A stretch of DNA of 64,000 nt, taken from NCBI GenBank assembly GCA_019057815.1, contig JAHLWR010000008.1, positions 32,001 through 96,000 of the forward strand, in the 5' to 3' direction. The DNA is from Candidatus Heimdallarchaeota archaeon (GTDB taxonomy: Archaea > Asgardarchaeota > Heimdallarchaeia > Heimdallarchaeales > Heimdallarchaeaceae). Within the stretch, counting starts at the first letter, position 1, and each line of letters opens with the position of its first letter. A program made the translations under genes and the position numbers. This document shows positions 8,178 through 18,930 of the stretch, one piece after another. The notes beneath the pieces were generated by a model. It was not told the origin of the DNA. It made no database searches and saw nothing but the letters and a program-made list of their open reading frames with translations.

Positions 8178-10196
8178 ATGGCTAATTTTAAGAATATTAT
8201 AACGAAAAATTATTCAGAACTCACCCTTTTCAGCATCATTTTTCTGTTTTTTTTGCAAATGCTTTCTGATTTAGCAGAGAGGATTTACAATTTTGCTTTA
8301 CTAGGGTTGGAACCTACAATGCACATTCTCGCTTTGTTATTCTTCTTTTCTCCTCTAATTTTATTATTCTTCAGGCGAACGATATCAAATAAGACTTTAT
8401 TCATAATAGGAGAATTAGCAATTATAACTCGATTACTAGAACCACTTTTCCAAAAAGAGACGATGCTTATTCTATCAGGAGTTTCTGTCAGTTGTTTCCT
8501 AATCTTCTTCCCAGCGTTTTTCACAAGGAACAAGAATAAAGAACAACAAACAGGAATAACTCTTGGATTATCGTTAGCAATAGCAGTAGCATTATCCATT
8601 CTTTTCAGAACTGTGAACTCTACACTAGATATCTCAATGTATGGATGGTTTCAGATAATAGGTTGGGTGCTTGGAATTATTGCTTCAATAATGTTAGTTG
8701 GAATGTTATTGAGAAAAGAGGAACCCAAAGAGAAAAGTACTGATAATCAAGGACAACCAGCAAGTTTCGGTCGAATTCTCGGTTTAACTTTTGGTTTAGT
8801 AAGTGTCTTCATAATCATATGGTTTGCTTTTGTTAGCCCTACAGTAATTTCTAGGTGGACTGAAGGAAACTATATTGCCATAACAATTGGAGTACTAGGG
8901 ATGTTATCTTTATTTATCATAGGGATGACAATTAAACCTGATCTAATGAACCATATTAAATCTTGGATGCTTTGGGTGTGGAATGGTCTTTTCACACTTT
9001 CTCTTACTTTAACAATAATGGTACATCAAATTATTCCCGAATATGGAATAAGATTCCCTGATATTCCTGATGCATATCCTATTGTTGCATTTGCTACAAC
9101 TTGGACTCAACATATTCCTTTAGTCTTGATGATTCTTCTTTCACCGATAATTTACATTGACTTTGTTCTATTATCCCGAGAAATGCTCAAAATAAAACCA
9201 AAGCCATCAAAAATAGGAGGAAGTTTTGCTTTAGGAGCAGGATTGTATATTGTTATAATGATCTTTATGCAATTATTACCTACAGTTTGGGGTTACTTTT
9301 ATGCAATTGGCTATGCTTTCAGAGATTTATACTGGTTAGCCTTTCTAGTCCCTGGAGTATTATTGACCTTACCTATTTTTCTAATCAAAAAGAAGACAAT
9401 CAATTTTGATAAAACCACTCAAAAAATGAAATCGAAATCGATTATTTTTGCAATATTAGGACTCATATTTGTTGGGACAGTTGCTGGAGCGATCATTACA
9501 ACGCCATATCCAACCACACCCTCTGAAGCGAAAACATCCCTGATAATAATGACCTTCAATATTCGTCAAGGTGTCAACGATTCTGGTGATAAAAACTATG
9601 ATGGACAGCTGGAACTAATAAGAAGTGTTAATCCTGATATTCTTGCTCTGCAAGAATGCGATCCGACTAGAATATCAGGTGGAAATTCCGATGTTGTCAG
9701 ATATTTTGCAGATAAACTGAATATGTACTCTTACCGTGGACCAAAATCAGTTGTAAACACTTATGGCACGGCAATTTTATCTAAATATCCCTTGTCGAAT
9801 GTTGCTGCTTTCTTCATGTATAGTGGACACCAACAGATAGGTGCAACACAAGTTCAAATAGAAATTAACTCAACGCTAACATACAATGTCTTCTCGCACC
9901 ACCCAGCTGCACATACTGATGATATACGAACATATCAGATTCAAGAAATGCTGAGCCGAGTAAATGGTCTAGATAATGTAATATTCATGGGAGACTTCAA
10001 TTTTAGACCTTACACAGCACAATATAATTTAACTGTTAATGTTTTAGAGGATTCTTGGGCACAACGATGGGATACAGCTGCAGATGACAGGATAGATCAC
10101 ATATTCCTAAGTTTTGGAATGACAGTTCTTAACGCACAATACATAGAAAGAGGACAGTCTGATCATCCAGCATATTGGATAGAAATTCAAATATAG
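8178..10196 (+). CDS. Polytopic membrane protein with C-terminal endonuclease/exonuclease/phosphatase domain (CWH43/PGAP2IP-like)
   Basis: Many TM helices followed by MTFNI, DILALQE, GDFN, RIDHIF and SDH EEP motifs. Confidence 0.85.
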   Translation: MANFKNIITKNYSELTLFSIIFLFFLQMLSDLAERIYNFALLGLEPTMHILALLFFFSPLILLFFRRTISNKTLFIIGELAIITRLLEPLFQKETMLILSGVSVSCFLIFFPAFFTRNKNKEQQTGITLGLSLAIAVALSILFRTVNSTLDISMYGWFQIIGWVLGIIASIMLVGMLLRKEEPKEKSTDNQGQPASFGRILGLTFGLVSVFIIIWFAFVSPTVISRWTEGNYIAITIGVLGMLSLFIIGMTIKPDLMNHIKSWMLWVWNGLFTLSLTLTIMVHQIIPEYGIRFPDIPDAYPIVAFATTWTQHIPLVLMILLSPIIYIDFVLLSREMLKIKPKPSKIGGSFALGAGLYIVIMIFMQLLPTVWGYFYAIGYAFRDLYWLAFLVPGVLLTLPIFLIKKKTINFDKTTQKMKSKSIIFAILGLIFVGTVAGAIITTPYPTTPSEAKTSLIIMTFNIRQGVNDSGDKNYDGQLELIRSVNPDILALQECDPTRISGGNSDVVRYFADKLNMYSYRGPKSVVNTYGTAILSKYPLSNVAAFFMYSGHQQIGATQVQIEINSTLTYNVFSHHPAAHTDDIRTYQIQEMLSRVNGLDNVIFMGDFNFRPYTAQYNLTVNVLEDSWAQRWDTAADDRIDHIFLSFGMTVLNAQYIERGQSDHPAYWIEIQI

Positions 10197-10197
10197 A

Positions 10198-10228
10198 ATT
10201 TTCTTTTCTTTTCTTTTCTTTTCTTTTT
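10198..10228 (+). terminator. Oligo-T (TTTTC)n archaeal-type terminator
   Basis: Run of TTTTC repeats immediately after the stop codon. Confidence 0.55.
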
Positions 10229-10295
10229 AATCACAATTTGTGCACTAAATATATAAATTCCCTTTGTTTTATCTGCTTGCCTAGATGTGTTACTT

Positions 10296-11714
10296 ATGGA
10301 AAATGAATATATTTACGACCTTCTACACAATGCTGTAAAAGAAGGGGAAAATAAAGGTGCAGATTTTATTGAAGCAAGATTTGATGATTTACAATTAACA
10401 ACTATTGACATGACGAATGATATTCTCAAAAGGTCTTCTTCAATACACAGAAAGGGTATCGGTGTGATGGCTTACTATCAAGGAACTCCTGGATACTCCT
10501 TTACTCCTGAATTGAATACTGAAGCAGTGAAAGAAGCTACTTTTAATGCTGTAGGATTAGCAAAATCTACGGATTCAAGAAATAAAATGAAACTAGGTTT
10601 TGAGAGAACTAAAGGAATTAAAGATAAAGTCAAACCTTTGATTAAAAAACATCCTAAAGATTTTGAATTTAATGATAAATTAGAATTGATAAAAAGAGGA
10701 ATTGCAGCAATAAAGGAAAATGCTGATATATCTAGTACTACAGGTTTATATGGTGAATTATACGGAGAAAAGTTCTTTGTTAACTCTGATGACTCAGAAA
10801 TTTATTGGGTTACAGTAATGGTTGATATGAGAATGATTGCTGTAATTATGAGGGAAGGACAACAAGCCACGTCCGTAGAGGGATTTGGTGCATCGAAAGG
10901 TTTAGAATTCTTCGAAGAGAAAGAAACAACTCCTGAAAAAGTTGGTAGTAACTCAGGAAAGTACTGTAAAGAACAACTAGACGCAGTAGCATCTCCGACA
11001 GGAAAAACCAAAACACTAGTATCTCCACAAATGGGCGGTGTTGTTGTTCATGAATCATTTGGTCACTTAAGTGAAGCAGACTTTGTGATAACAGGACAAT
11101 CACCCATAGCTGATAGATTAGGAGGGGAATTAGGAAGCGAACATGTAACAATAATAGATGAGGGAATCTCCCCTTATGGAGGGTTATATCTCCCATATGA
11201 TGATCAAGGAGTGAAAACTGGAAGAACTGTTCTAGTGGAAAAGGGTATATTGAGAGGATATCTTCATGATAGAGGAACTGCTCAAAAAATGAATGCCGAA
11301 ACAACAGGTAATGCAAGAGCAATTAACTACATGTTTAACCCTATTTGCAGAATGAAGAATACCTACTTTGAGAAAGGAGATTTAACTCATGAAGAGGCTG
11401 TTGAACAGGTAAAGAATGGAGTTTATGCTGTAGATATGTCAGGAGGACAAGTAGAATTAGATGGTAATTTCATGTTTAACTGTAGCAGAGGATATCTCAT
11501 AGAAAATGGAGAAATAACAAAACCAATTAAAAATACTGCACTTTCAGGAAATATTCTAGATTTGCTGAAACATATCCAAGGAGCAACAAAAGAAATTACA
11601 CTGAAAACAGGTTATTTCGGTGGTTGTGGCAAGGGAAGCCAACATCCCTTACCTGTTGGATTTGGTGGTCCGGAAGTTATAATGGATCAAGTTTTAATTG
11701 GAGGTGCCAAATAA
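10296..11714 (+). CDS. tldD: TldD metalloprotease subunit
   Basis: HESFGHLSEAD zinc motif, YDDQG, TGNARA, RMKNTY, GCGKG. Confidence 0.95.
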   Translation: MENEYIYDLLHNAVKEGENKGADFIEARFDDLQLTTIDMTNDILKRSSSIHRKGIGVMAYYQGTPGYSFTPELNTEAVKEATFNAVGLAKSTDSRNKMKLGFERTKGIKDKVKPLIKKHPKDFEFNDKLELIKRGIAAIKENADISSTTGLYGELYGEKFFVNSDDSEIYWVTVMVDMRMIAVIMREGQQATSVEGFGASKGLEFFEEKETTPEKVGSNSGKYCKEQLDAVASPTGKTKTLVSPQMGGVVVHESFGHLSEADFVITGQSPIADRLGGELGSEHVTIIDEGISPYGGLYLPYDDQGVKTGRTVLVEKGILRGYLHDRGTAQKMNAETTGNARAINYMFNPICRMKNTYFEKGDLTHEEAVEQVKNGVYAVDMSGGQVELDGNFMFNCSRGYLIENGEITKPIKNTALSGNILDLLKHIQGATKEITLKTGYFGGCGKGSQHPLPVGFGGPEVIMDQVLIGGAK

Positions 11715-13084
11715 TGGAATTTGAAGATTTAAAGGCTAAAGTGCTTGAAGTAGCTGATTCAGCCATTAAATATGCAAAAGACTCAGGTGTTCCAAGTGCT
11801 GAAGCGTTCGTTTTTAATCAAAAAATCAATAATGTTTCAGACAATAATGGTAAAATTGATAGCAGACTTGGCATGGTTCAAGGCTTAGGTATTCGTGTTG
11901 CAGTTGGTAAACAAGTAGGTTTTGCAAGTTGTACGGGTTTTGAATTGAAGTCAATTAAACAAGTAATCAATCAAGCTCATAGAGTTGCAAAAGTAAGTCC
12001 TGCAAATCCCATGTTTAATGGTTTTGTTGCAGATACAAAAACTGCTAAAGAAGGCCTTTTAGATCCTGAAATATTGAATCTTAATCCTGAAGAGCTAACA
12101 AACTACCTAGATACGATTAATCAAGAAATCAATAGAGATGATCAAAGAATCATTTCAACTTCCATAGGTGTAAGAATCAGTTGGGGAGGTTACGCAGTTG
12201 GAACAACAGAAGGATGTTTATCATCTTCGCTTACGACAGCGTTCGTTGCTTTCTGCAGTAGTGTAGTTGCTGAAGCAGGAGATCGAAAAACAGGTGATGA
12301 TTTTGTCTTTGGAAGAAAAATTAAAGATTTGGATGGAATTGGTGCAAATGCTGTTAAAAAAGCAATAGACGGATTAGGAGCAAAGAAATTTGAAGGATCT
12401 GAAATTCTTCCTTCTATCTGGGAAACTCGTCCTGTATCAAGTTTCCTAGATGTAGCTTTAGGTTTTCTGTTTTCCGGTTCAAGTTATGTAGAGAAAAGCA
12501 ATCCTTGGGGAGAAAAATTAAACCAACAAGTAGCTATTGAGGATTTTAATGCTATTGATGATGGTCAGAATCCAGAATATGTTCGAACTGCATCAATCGA
12601 TGCAGAAGGAACTCCTAAAGGAAAAACTGTCACAATTAAGAAAGGTATTCTAAAATCATTTCTATTCGACAGAATGTATGGTAATGCTGCAGATAAAGCT
12701 ACTACAGGAAATGCTAACAGAGGATTAGGTGGACCAGCTTTTGAGAGTGTCCCAGTTATTGTACCCAATTCTATTATTATCAAGAATATTGGTAAAAACG
12801 TAGATGAGCAAATAGCTGAAATAGATAAAGGGATTTTAATAAGAAGTGAACCTATAGGTCTATTTACAGCAAATCTAGCAACAGGTGATTTTAGCGTGAC
12901 TTGTAACCATGGTTTTCTAATTGAAAGAGGTGAAATAGTCTATCCCTTGAAATCATTTGGTTTAGCAGGAAACTATTTCAAAACATTCAATGACATTCAA
13001 CAGATAGGTTCTGACAGAGAAATGACAGGTGGTACATTTCAATCACCATCTATGACTTTTAAGAATCATACAATTTCAGGATGA
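11714..13084 (+). CDS. pmbA: TldE/PmbA subunit
   Basis: GLGIRV, IDAEG, TTGNA, TGDFS; no HExxH; ATG overlaps the tldD stop (TAATG). Confidence 0.92.
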   Translation: MEFEDLKAKVLEVADSAIKYAKDSGVPSAEAFVFNQKINNVSDNNGKIDSRLGMVQGLGIRVAVGKQVGFASCTGFELKSIKQVINQAHRVAKVSPANPMFNGFVADTKTAKEGLLDPEILNLNPEELTNYLDTINQEINRDDQRIISTSIGVRISWGGYAVGTTEGCLSSSLTTAFVAFCSSVVAEAGDRKTGDDFVFGRKIKDLDGIGANAVKKAIDGLGAKKFEGSEILPSIWETRPVSSFLDVALGFLFSGSSYVEKSNPWGEKLNQQVAIEDFNAIDDGQNPEYVRTASIDAEGTPKGKTVTIKKGILKSFLFDRMYGNAADKATTGNANRGLGGPAFESVPVIVPNSIIIKNIGKNVDEQIAEIDKGILIRSEPIGLFTANLATGDFSVTCNHGFLIERGEIVYPLKSFGLAGNYFKTFNDIQQIGSDREMTGGTFQSPSMTFKNHTISG

Positions 13085-13369
13085 AACTCTTTTCTTCCTT
13101 TTTTTATTCTCCTCTTTAATTAACGCCATTTTAGAGAGATCATAGGTATGAATAATCATCCAAATCCATAATCGAATACTTATTGTTATTAGTCATTGTA
13201 TATTCTTATCTGTTTCTACTTATTTTTATTTATGAATAATTCTACTTATAGATTTCTCTAGCTAATTTCACCCCAAGAATTATATGTGATGAAATTTTAA
13301 ATCGTGAATAACTATTCATTGAGCGTAAATGGTTATTAGTGAAAAATTCAGATTCAGATTGTGCTATAA

Positions 13370-13801
13370 ATGATTACAAAGAAAAAAGTAATGAGAATTT
13401 TTGTCAAATCTGTTTGGGTTTTTAATTGGTTTAACTCATGTGGATTTACTGAGCTTGTTCCAGTTGTAGGTTCTAGATGGGATATGGAGCGTTTTGGAAT
13501 GATTGCAGTTAATTCACCAAGAAAAGCTGATGCCTTATTCATAGCAGGATATCAAACACCTAAATCAATTAAACGAGCACAACAGATACATGAACAAATG
13601 TCTAGTCCTAAATTTGTTTTTGCTTTAGGATCGTGTACTATGACAGGAGGAATGTATTGGGATTCTTACAATACCATCAAACGTTTGGAAGATTATCTCC
13701 CTGTATTTATGTACATTCCTGGTTGCCCCCCAAGACCTGAGGCTATTTATGATGCGGTCCTTAAAGTATTTGAACATGTAGAGGAACTCCCGGATAAGTG
13801 A
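13370..13801 (+). CDS. NuoB/MbsJ-like Fe-S small subunit
   Basis: DMERFG, SPRKAD, GSCTMTGG, YIPGCPPRPE. Confidence 0.9.
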   Translation: MITKKKVMRIFVKSVWVFNWFNSCGFTELVPVVGSRWDMERFGMIAVNSPRKADALFIAGYQTPKSIKRAQQIHEQMSSPKFVFALGSCTMTGGMYWDSYNTIKRLEDYLPVFMYIPGCPPRPEAIYDAVLKVFEHVEELPDK

Positions 13802-14346
13802 TAGAAATGAGTACAACAGAACAAAAAAACAAGAAAACCTCCAATGAAGAAAGATTAATAGAAAAATTAAGTTCAAAATTAAATATTCCTGTTAATCTTC
13901 AAAAGGAACGAAGATTTTGGGCTATTATTGATCATTCTAAAATTGTTGAAACTTGTTTAACAGCTTACGAGATGGGTTTTGAGCATTTATCAACCATTTC
14001 TGTAACTGATTGGTTAGAAGAAGGTAAATTTGAGCTAGCTTATCATTTGTGGTCATATGAACACAAAGTTTTACTTACATTAAAAACAAAAATAGATAGA
14101 AAAAAACCTAAAGTTTCGTCGATTAACTCTATCTGGGGAACAAATGCTGAAACATGTGAACGTGAGTGCCATGAGATGTTTGGTGTGATTTTTGATGGTA
14201 ATCCAAATCTTACTCCTCTATTTTTAGAGGATTGGCAAGGTCCACCACCCTTTTTGAAAGATTTCAATTGGAGAGAATATGTTAGAAAAGAAACTTATGA
14301 CCAAAAGAATCCTCGAGAAGAGACTTATTTTGAGGTGAAAAAATGA
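13798..14346 (+). CDS. NuoC/MbsK-like subunit
   Basis: ERECHEMFGVIFDGNP and PFLKDF motifs. Confidence 0.9.
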   Translation: MIEMSTTEQKNKKTSNEERLIEKLSSKLNIPVNLQKERRFWAIIDHSKIVETCLTAYEMGFEHLSTISVTDWLEEGKFELAYHLWSYEHKVLLTLKTKIDRKKPKVSSINSIWGTNAETCERECHEMFGVIFDGNPNLTPLFLEDWQGPPPFLKDFNWREYVRKETYDQKNPREETYFEVKK

Positions 14347-15461
14347 CAAGTACACAAAAAAAGGATGAAATTGGTGATTTTTCCATGAATTTTGGTCCTG
14401 CACATCCAGGATCAGGTAATTTTGGAGTAAAAGTTCAAATGCAAGGAGAACGAGTACTTAAAGCTACTGCGGATCCAGGATATTTACATCGAGGTTTCGA
14501 AAAACTGATGGAATATCGAGAACCTATGCAAAATGCTGTACTATCCGATAGGGTTTGTGTATTGGAACCTCTACAATGGAACCTAGTACATGCAGAAGCT
14601 GTTGACTATTTAATGAATTATGATGTTCCGGAAAGAGCAAAATACATTAGAGTTATTTTAGCTGAATTATCAAGAATACAATCTCATTTCATTTGGTATG
14701 CTGTCATGTCTTTAGGAACAGGATTTATGACAGGATTTAATGTTTCTATGGGGTATCGAGATTATATATTAGATGTCTTTAATCTCATTACAGGTGGAAG
14801 AGTGTATCCTGCGGGTTATATCTGCCCAGGAGGAGTTCGAAAAGATTTACCTGAAAAAGCTGAAAATAAAATACTAAAACTACTCCCAAAAATCGATTAT
14901 ATGCGTAAATTTATCTTAAAAGAGAATCCGGCTTGGTTAGCACGATTTAAAGATGTTGGTGTCTTATCAAAAGAAGAAGCTATCAAATTCGGAGCTACTG
15001 GTCCAGTTCTACGAGGAAGTGGAGTAGGTGCAGATGTTAGACGTGATGACCCATATGAAGTTTATGATGAACTAGAGTTTGATATTCCAGTACGTGATGA
15101 AGGAGATGGATATGCCCGATACTGTGTTGGGATACAAGAAATAGAAGAAAGCATGAAAATCATAACTCAAGCAATAGATCGATTACCAAAAGGTGAAGTT
15201 AGAACACCCAACCTTAAACCTATTGTACAATTCCGCAAAGCTAAAGGTGAAATATATATACGAAATGAACTCTCTCGGGGAGAAGGTGCTTTTTATATGG
15301 TTGCAAATGGGGAAAAGACTCCTTATAGAGTAAAAATACGTGGTCCATCTTTCAGTCATATGATTCCAATTTTGGAATATTTGCTTACTGGTGTGGATTA
15401 CGCTGATGTTCCTGCAATTTATTGGAGCTTATACCAGTGCCCTGCAGATGTTGATAGGTGA
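14343..15461 (+). CDS. NuoD/MbsL-like large subunit (group 4 hydrogenase-related, lacking complete NiFe CxxC motifs)
   Basis: NFGPAHP, GYLHRGFEK, DRVCVLE, AELSRIQSH, TGPVLRGSG, RVKIRGPS, C-terminal QCPADVDR. Confidence 0.9.
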   Translation: MTSTQKKDEIGDFSMNFGPAHPGSGNFGVKVQMQGERVLKATADPGYLHRGFEKLMEYREPMQNAVLSDRVCVLEPLQWNLVHAEAVDYLMNYDVPERAKYIRVILAELSRIQSHFIWYAVMSLGTGFMTGFNVSMGYRDYILDVFNLITGGRVYPAGYICPGGVRKDLPEKAENKILKLLPKIDYMRKFILKENPAWLARFKDVGVLSKEEAIKFGATGPVLRGSGVGADVRRDDPYEVYDELEFDIPVRDEGDGYARYCVGIQEIEESMKIITQAIDRLPKGEVRTPNLKPIVQFRKAKGEIYIRNELSRGEGAFYMVANGEKTPYRVKIRGPSFSHMIPILEYLLTGVDYADVPAIYWSLYQCPADVDR

Positions 15462-15462
15462 G

Positions 15463-15852
15463 ATGATGAAAATGAAATTAGGTATAATATCAGAAGTGTT
15501 CAAAAATCTCTTTAAAAGACCGATGACAGTACTCTTTCCAGAAGAAAGAATTGAGATTCCAGAAAGGAATAGAGGAGAGCATAAGTTTGATATAGACACT
15601 TGTATATCCTGTGGATCCTGTGCTAAAATCTGTCCAAACAAAGCAATAAAAATGGTTGAAGCTCCCCCAGAATTTAAGGAGAAATATCCCAAAACCTATC
15701 CACAAGTGGATCTCGGAAAATGTTGCTTTTGTGCATTGTGTGAAGATATTTGTCCAAAAGGTTCTCTAACATTAACAACATACGTTTTCCTAGCAACTTT
15801 TGATAAAGATACTACAATGAGAAACCCAATTAACGTTGAACAAATAGACTAA
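15463..15852 (+). CDS. NuoI/MbsN-like 2x[4Fe-4S] ferredoxin subunit
   Basis: CISCGSCAKICP and CCFCALCEDICP; exact start uncertain (15463-15472). Confidence 0.9.
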   Translation: MMKMKLGIISEVFKNLFKRPMTVLFPEERIEIPERNRGEHKFDIDTCISCGSCAKICPNKAIKMVEAPPEFKEKYPKTYPQVDLGKCCFCALCEDICPKGSLTLTTYVFLATFDKDTTMRNPINVEQID

Positions 15853-15979
15853 CCTTTATTTTTTTTTGCATGAAAACTTACCACCGAAAGTAAATGGATA
15901 GATGATAGAAATATTAGAAAAATTAAATTGGAGTGAAATTAAGAGAAATCAAGACTTAAGATAATACAACATAAAATTT

Positions 15980-17512
15980 ATGAGTTATTTAACATTGAAT
16001 TATCCTATGCGAAAGAAATATGAAGAATTGCTCCAATTATTTAAAGAATCTCTTATTGTTGAAGAAATTGCTATGTTATTATACTGGGATAAAGATGTTA
16101 CAATGCCCTCTGGTGGACTTAAACAGAGAGCAGAACAAATGGCTTTTATCGCAGAATTAGAACACATTAAAAAGATTAATCCTAGAAAAGGAGAGCTTCT
16201 TCAACAAATACTTGAACATCCTGATTACGAGAATCTTTCAGATTTAGAGAAACGTAATGTGTATCTCATTCAAAGAGAATATAACAAACTTGTTAAAGTA
16301 CCTTCTGATTTCGTTGGAGAATTCCAGAGACATTGTGTCTTAGCTACTGAAGCATGGGAGAAAGCTAAGGAAAAAGCTGATTTTACTATTTTTCTTCCCA
16401 AGCTTGAAAAGATGATTGAATATAACAAGAAATATGCTCAATTCCTTAATCCCGATGGTGACCCTTATGAAGTTCTCCTTGATTACTGCGAACCAGGAAT
16501 GACAATAGAAAAATGTGATCAGATATTTAATCCATTAAAGAAAGCATCAATTCCTTTAATCGAAAAATGTATATCTTCTACAACGAAACCTGATATGAGC
16601 ATTCTAAATCGTTCATGTCCTATAGATATTCAAAAGAAAGTTAACTATGATGTCTTAGAATTAATAGAATTTGATCTAGAAAGAGGGAGATTAGATGAAT
16701 ATGTTCATCCTTTTACAACTGGTACTTATGATGATGTTAGGTTAACAACTCTATATTCAGAAAAAGATATTCTTAGTGCGATTTTAAGTACAATACATGA
16801 AGGGGGACATGGGAGTTATGAGCAAAATGTGGGGAAAAACAGTCATTATCAACCCGTTGGAATGTATTGTAGTGAGGGGATGCATGAAGGAATTGCACGA
16901 TTCTATGAGAATTTTATTGGAAGAAGTCCTGAATTTTGGAAATCATATCTTAAGAGATTCAAGGAATTAACAGAAGATATATTTGCAGATGTTTCTTTAG
17001 ATGATCTTATTCTAGCAGTTAATAATGTTGAACGTTCAGCTGTAAGAACTGAAGCAGATGAACTAACTTATAACTTGCATATAATTCTGCGTTATGAACT
17101 AGAAAGAGACCTGTTAAATGGAAAAATTGAAGCAAAGGATTTACCTCAAATATGGAATAGGAAAATGAAAGAACTAATCGGTTATGATGTTAAAAACGAT
17201 GTTGAAGGAGTACTTCAAGATATCCATTGGTCAGGAGAGTTAATGGGATATTTCCCAAATTACACACTTGGAAACATCTTTGGAGCACAATTATACGCTA
17301 AATTTAAGAAAGATACACCAAACTGGCAAGAGGAATTAGAAAGAGGAAACCTGAAAATAATAATTGATTGGCTTAAAGAAAATGTGCTAGAAAAAGGGAA
17401 TCTATACGATCCTTTTGAATTGATTAAGGAAGTTACAGGAGAGGAGGTTTCTTCAGAGTATTTAATTGAGTATTATAAAGAGAAGTTCTCGAAAATCTAC
17501 AATCTGAATTAA
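15980..17512 (+). CDS. Carboxypeptidase, M32 family
   Basis: HPFT, HEGGH, RTEADE, GVLQDIHW, GYFPNYTLG. Confidence 0.95.
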   Translation: MSYLTLNYPMRKKYEELLQLFKESLIVEEIAMLLYWDKDVTMPSGGLKQRAEQMAFIAELEHIKKINPRKGELLQQILEHPDYENLSDLEKRNVYLIQREYNKLVKVPSDFVGEFQRHCVLATEAWEKAKEKADFTIFLPKLEKMIEYNKKYAQFLNPDGDPYEVLLDYCEPGMTIEKCDQIFNPLKKASIPLIEKCISSTTKPDMSILNRSCPIDIQKKVNYDVLELIEFDLERGRLDEYVHPFTTGTYDDVRLTTLYSEKDILSAILSTIHEGGHGSYEQNVGKNSHYQPVGMYCSEGMHEGIARFYENFIGRSPEFWKSYLKRFKELTEDIFADVSLDDLILAVNNVERSAVRTEADELTYNLHIILRYELERDLLNGKIEAKDLPQIWNRKMKELIGYDVKNDVEGVLQDIHWSGELMGYFPNYTLGNIFGAQLYAKFKKDTPNWQEELERGNLKIIIDWLKENVLEKGNLYDPFELIKEVTGEEVSSEYLIEYYKEKFSKIYNLN

Positions 17513-17639
17513 ATTAAACTATGACGATGTCTGTTTGAAAGATGCATCAGATTCTCATTCAACTTCTCCAACTTAACTATTTGAGACAAAAAAATTGTTC
17601 TTAAGAACAAGTTATATACCCATATTCCTTCAAATATAC

Positions 17640-18821
17640 ATGATAAAACGAAGAATAATTGATAAAGTATACTGGTTAGGTGGAATTGATTGGGATAGGC
17701 GATTATTTGATTCTCTTATACCTCTTCCTGATGGAACTAGTTATAATTCATATCTGATTCAAGGTAGTGAAAAAACTGTTTTGATTGACACTGTAGATCC
17801 TAGCATGGTAGATACTCTCTTCTTTCAATTGAAAGGTGTTGAAAAAATAGATTATATTGTATCTCACCATACAGAACAAGATCATTCAGGGTCAATTCCA
17901 GCTGTTCTTAAGAAATATCCATCAGCTATAGTTCTCGCATCTAAAAAAGGAAAAGAAATGTTGATAGATCATTTATTAATTCCCCCTGAACAAATACAGA
18001 TTGTAGAAGACGGGGAGGAAATTTCTTTAGGTGATAAGACATTAAAATTCATCTATACTCCTTGGGTTCATTGGCCAGAAACAATGGTTTCCTACCTTGT
18101 AGAAGATAAAATTCTTTTTTCATGTGACTTTTTTGGGTCACACATTGCAACAACTGACCTCTACGTTAGAGATGAAGGATTGGTTTATGAAGCCGCTAAA
18201 AGATATTTTGCTGAAATTATGATGCCATTTAGCAATATTATCCGAAAAAACATTGAGAAAGTAAAAAAAGTGGACATTCAATTGATAGCTCCTAGTCATG
18301 GTCCCATGTATGATAAACCCTCATTTATTATAGATGCTTATGAAGATTGGATTTCAGATACTCCAAAAAATGTTGTCGTGATTCCTTATGTATCTATGCA
18401 CGGAAGCACAAGGGCTATGGTAGAATACTTAGTTGGCGCTCTAGCAAAAAAAGGTGTGACGGTCTATCAATTTGATTTAGCTGTTGTTGATATTGGTAAA
18501 CTTGCTATAACTCTAGTAGATGCGGCTACAGTGATTCTTGGCACTCCAACAGTTCACTCAGGTCCCCATCCCTTAGCAGTATATGCAACCTATCTACTAA
18601 ATGCTTTGAAACCAAAAATAAAACTTATTTCAGTTATTGGATCTTATGGATGGTTTACAAAGACTATTGATCAAGTTGTCAGCATGGTACCTAGATTAAA
18701 GGAAGTCGAGATTTTAGAACCTGTTTATGCCAAAGGTCATCCAAAAGAAGAAATATTCAAAGCATTAGACACAATGGCAGAAAAAATAGCAGAAAAGCAT
18801 AAAGAGTTAAATCTTCTTTAA
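17640..18821 (+). CDS. fprA: Flavodiiron protein (FprA/type A flavoprotein)
   Basis: GTSYNSY, HTEQDHSG, HWPE, SCDFFG, PSHG; flavodoxin motifs SMHGST and GSYGW. Confidence 0.95.
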   Translation: MIKRRIIDKVYWLGGIDWDRRLFDSLIPLPDGTSYNSYLIQGSEKTVLIDTVDPSMVDTLFFQLKGVEKIDYIVSHHTEQDHSGSIPAVLKKYPSAIVLASKKGKEMLIDHLLIPPEQIQIVEDGEEISLGDKTLKFIYTPWVHWPETMVSYLVEDKILFSCDFFGSHIATTDLYVRDEGLVYEAAKRYFAEIMMPFSNIIRKNIEKVKKVDIQLIAPSHGPMYDKPSFIIDAYEDWISDTPKNVVVIPYVSMHGSTRAMVEYLVGALAKKGVTVYQFDLAVVDIGKLAITLVDAATVILGTPTVHSGPHPLAVYATYLLNALKPKIKLISVIGSYGWFTKTIDQVVSMVPRLKEVEILEPVYAKGHPKEEIFKALDTMAEKIAEKHKELNLL

Positions 18822-18930
18822 TAACTCTTTTCATTTTTCTTTTTTAAAGTTAGGAAAAAATTACTTCTACTTTTGATTAAACTTTTTAAAGAAGAACAAG
18901 AATTTAATTTTGATTAAAGAAGGTTAAGTT

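Noticed and set aside
14343-15461. Functional [NiFe] hydrogenase
   Set aside because: Both CxxC nickel-binding motifs are incomplete.
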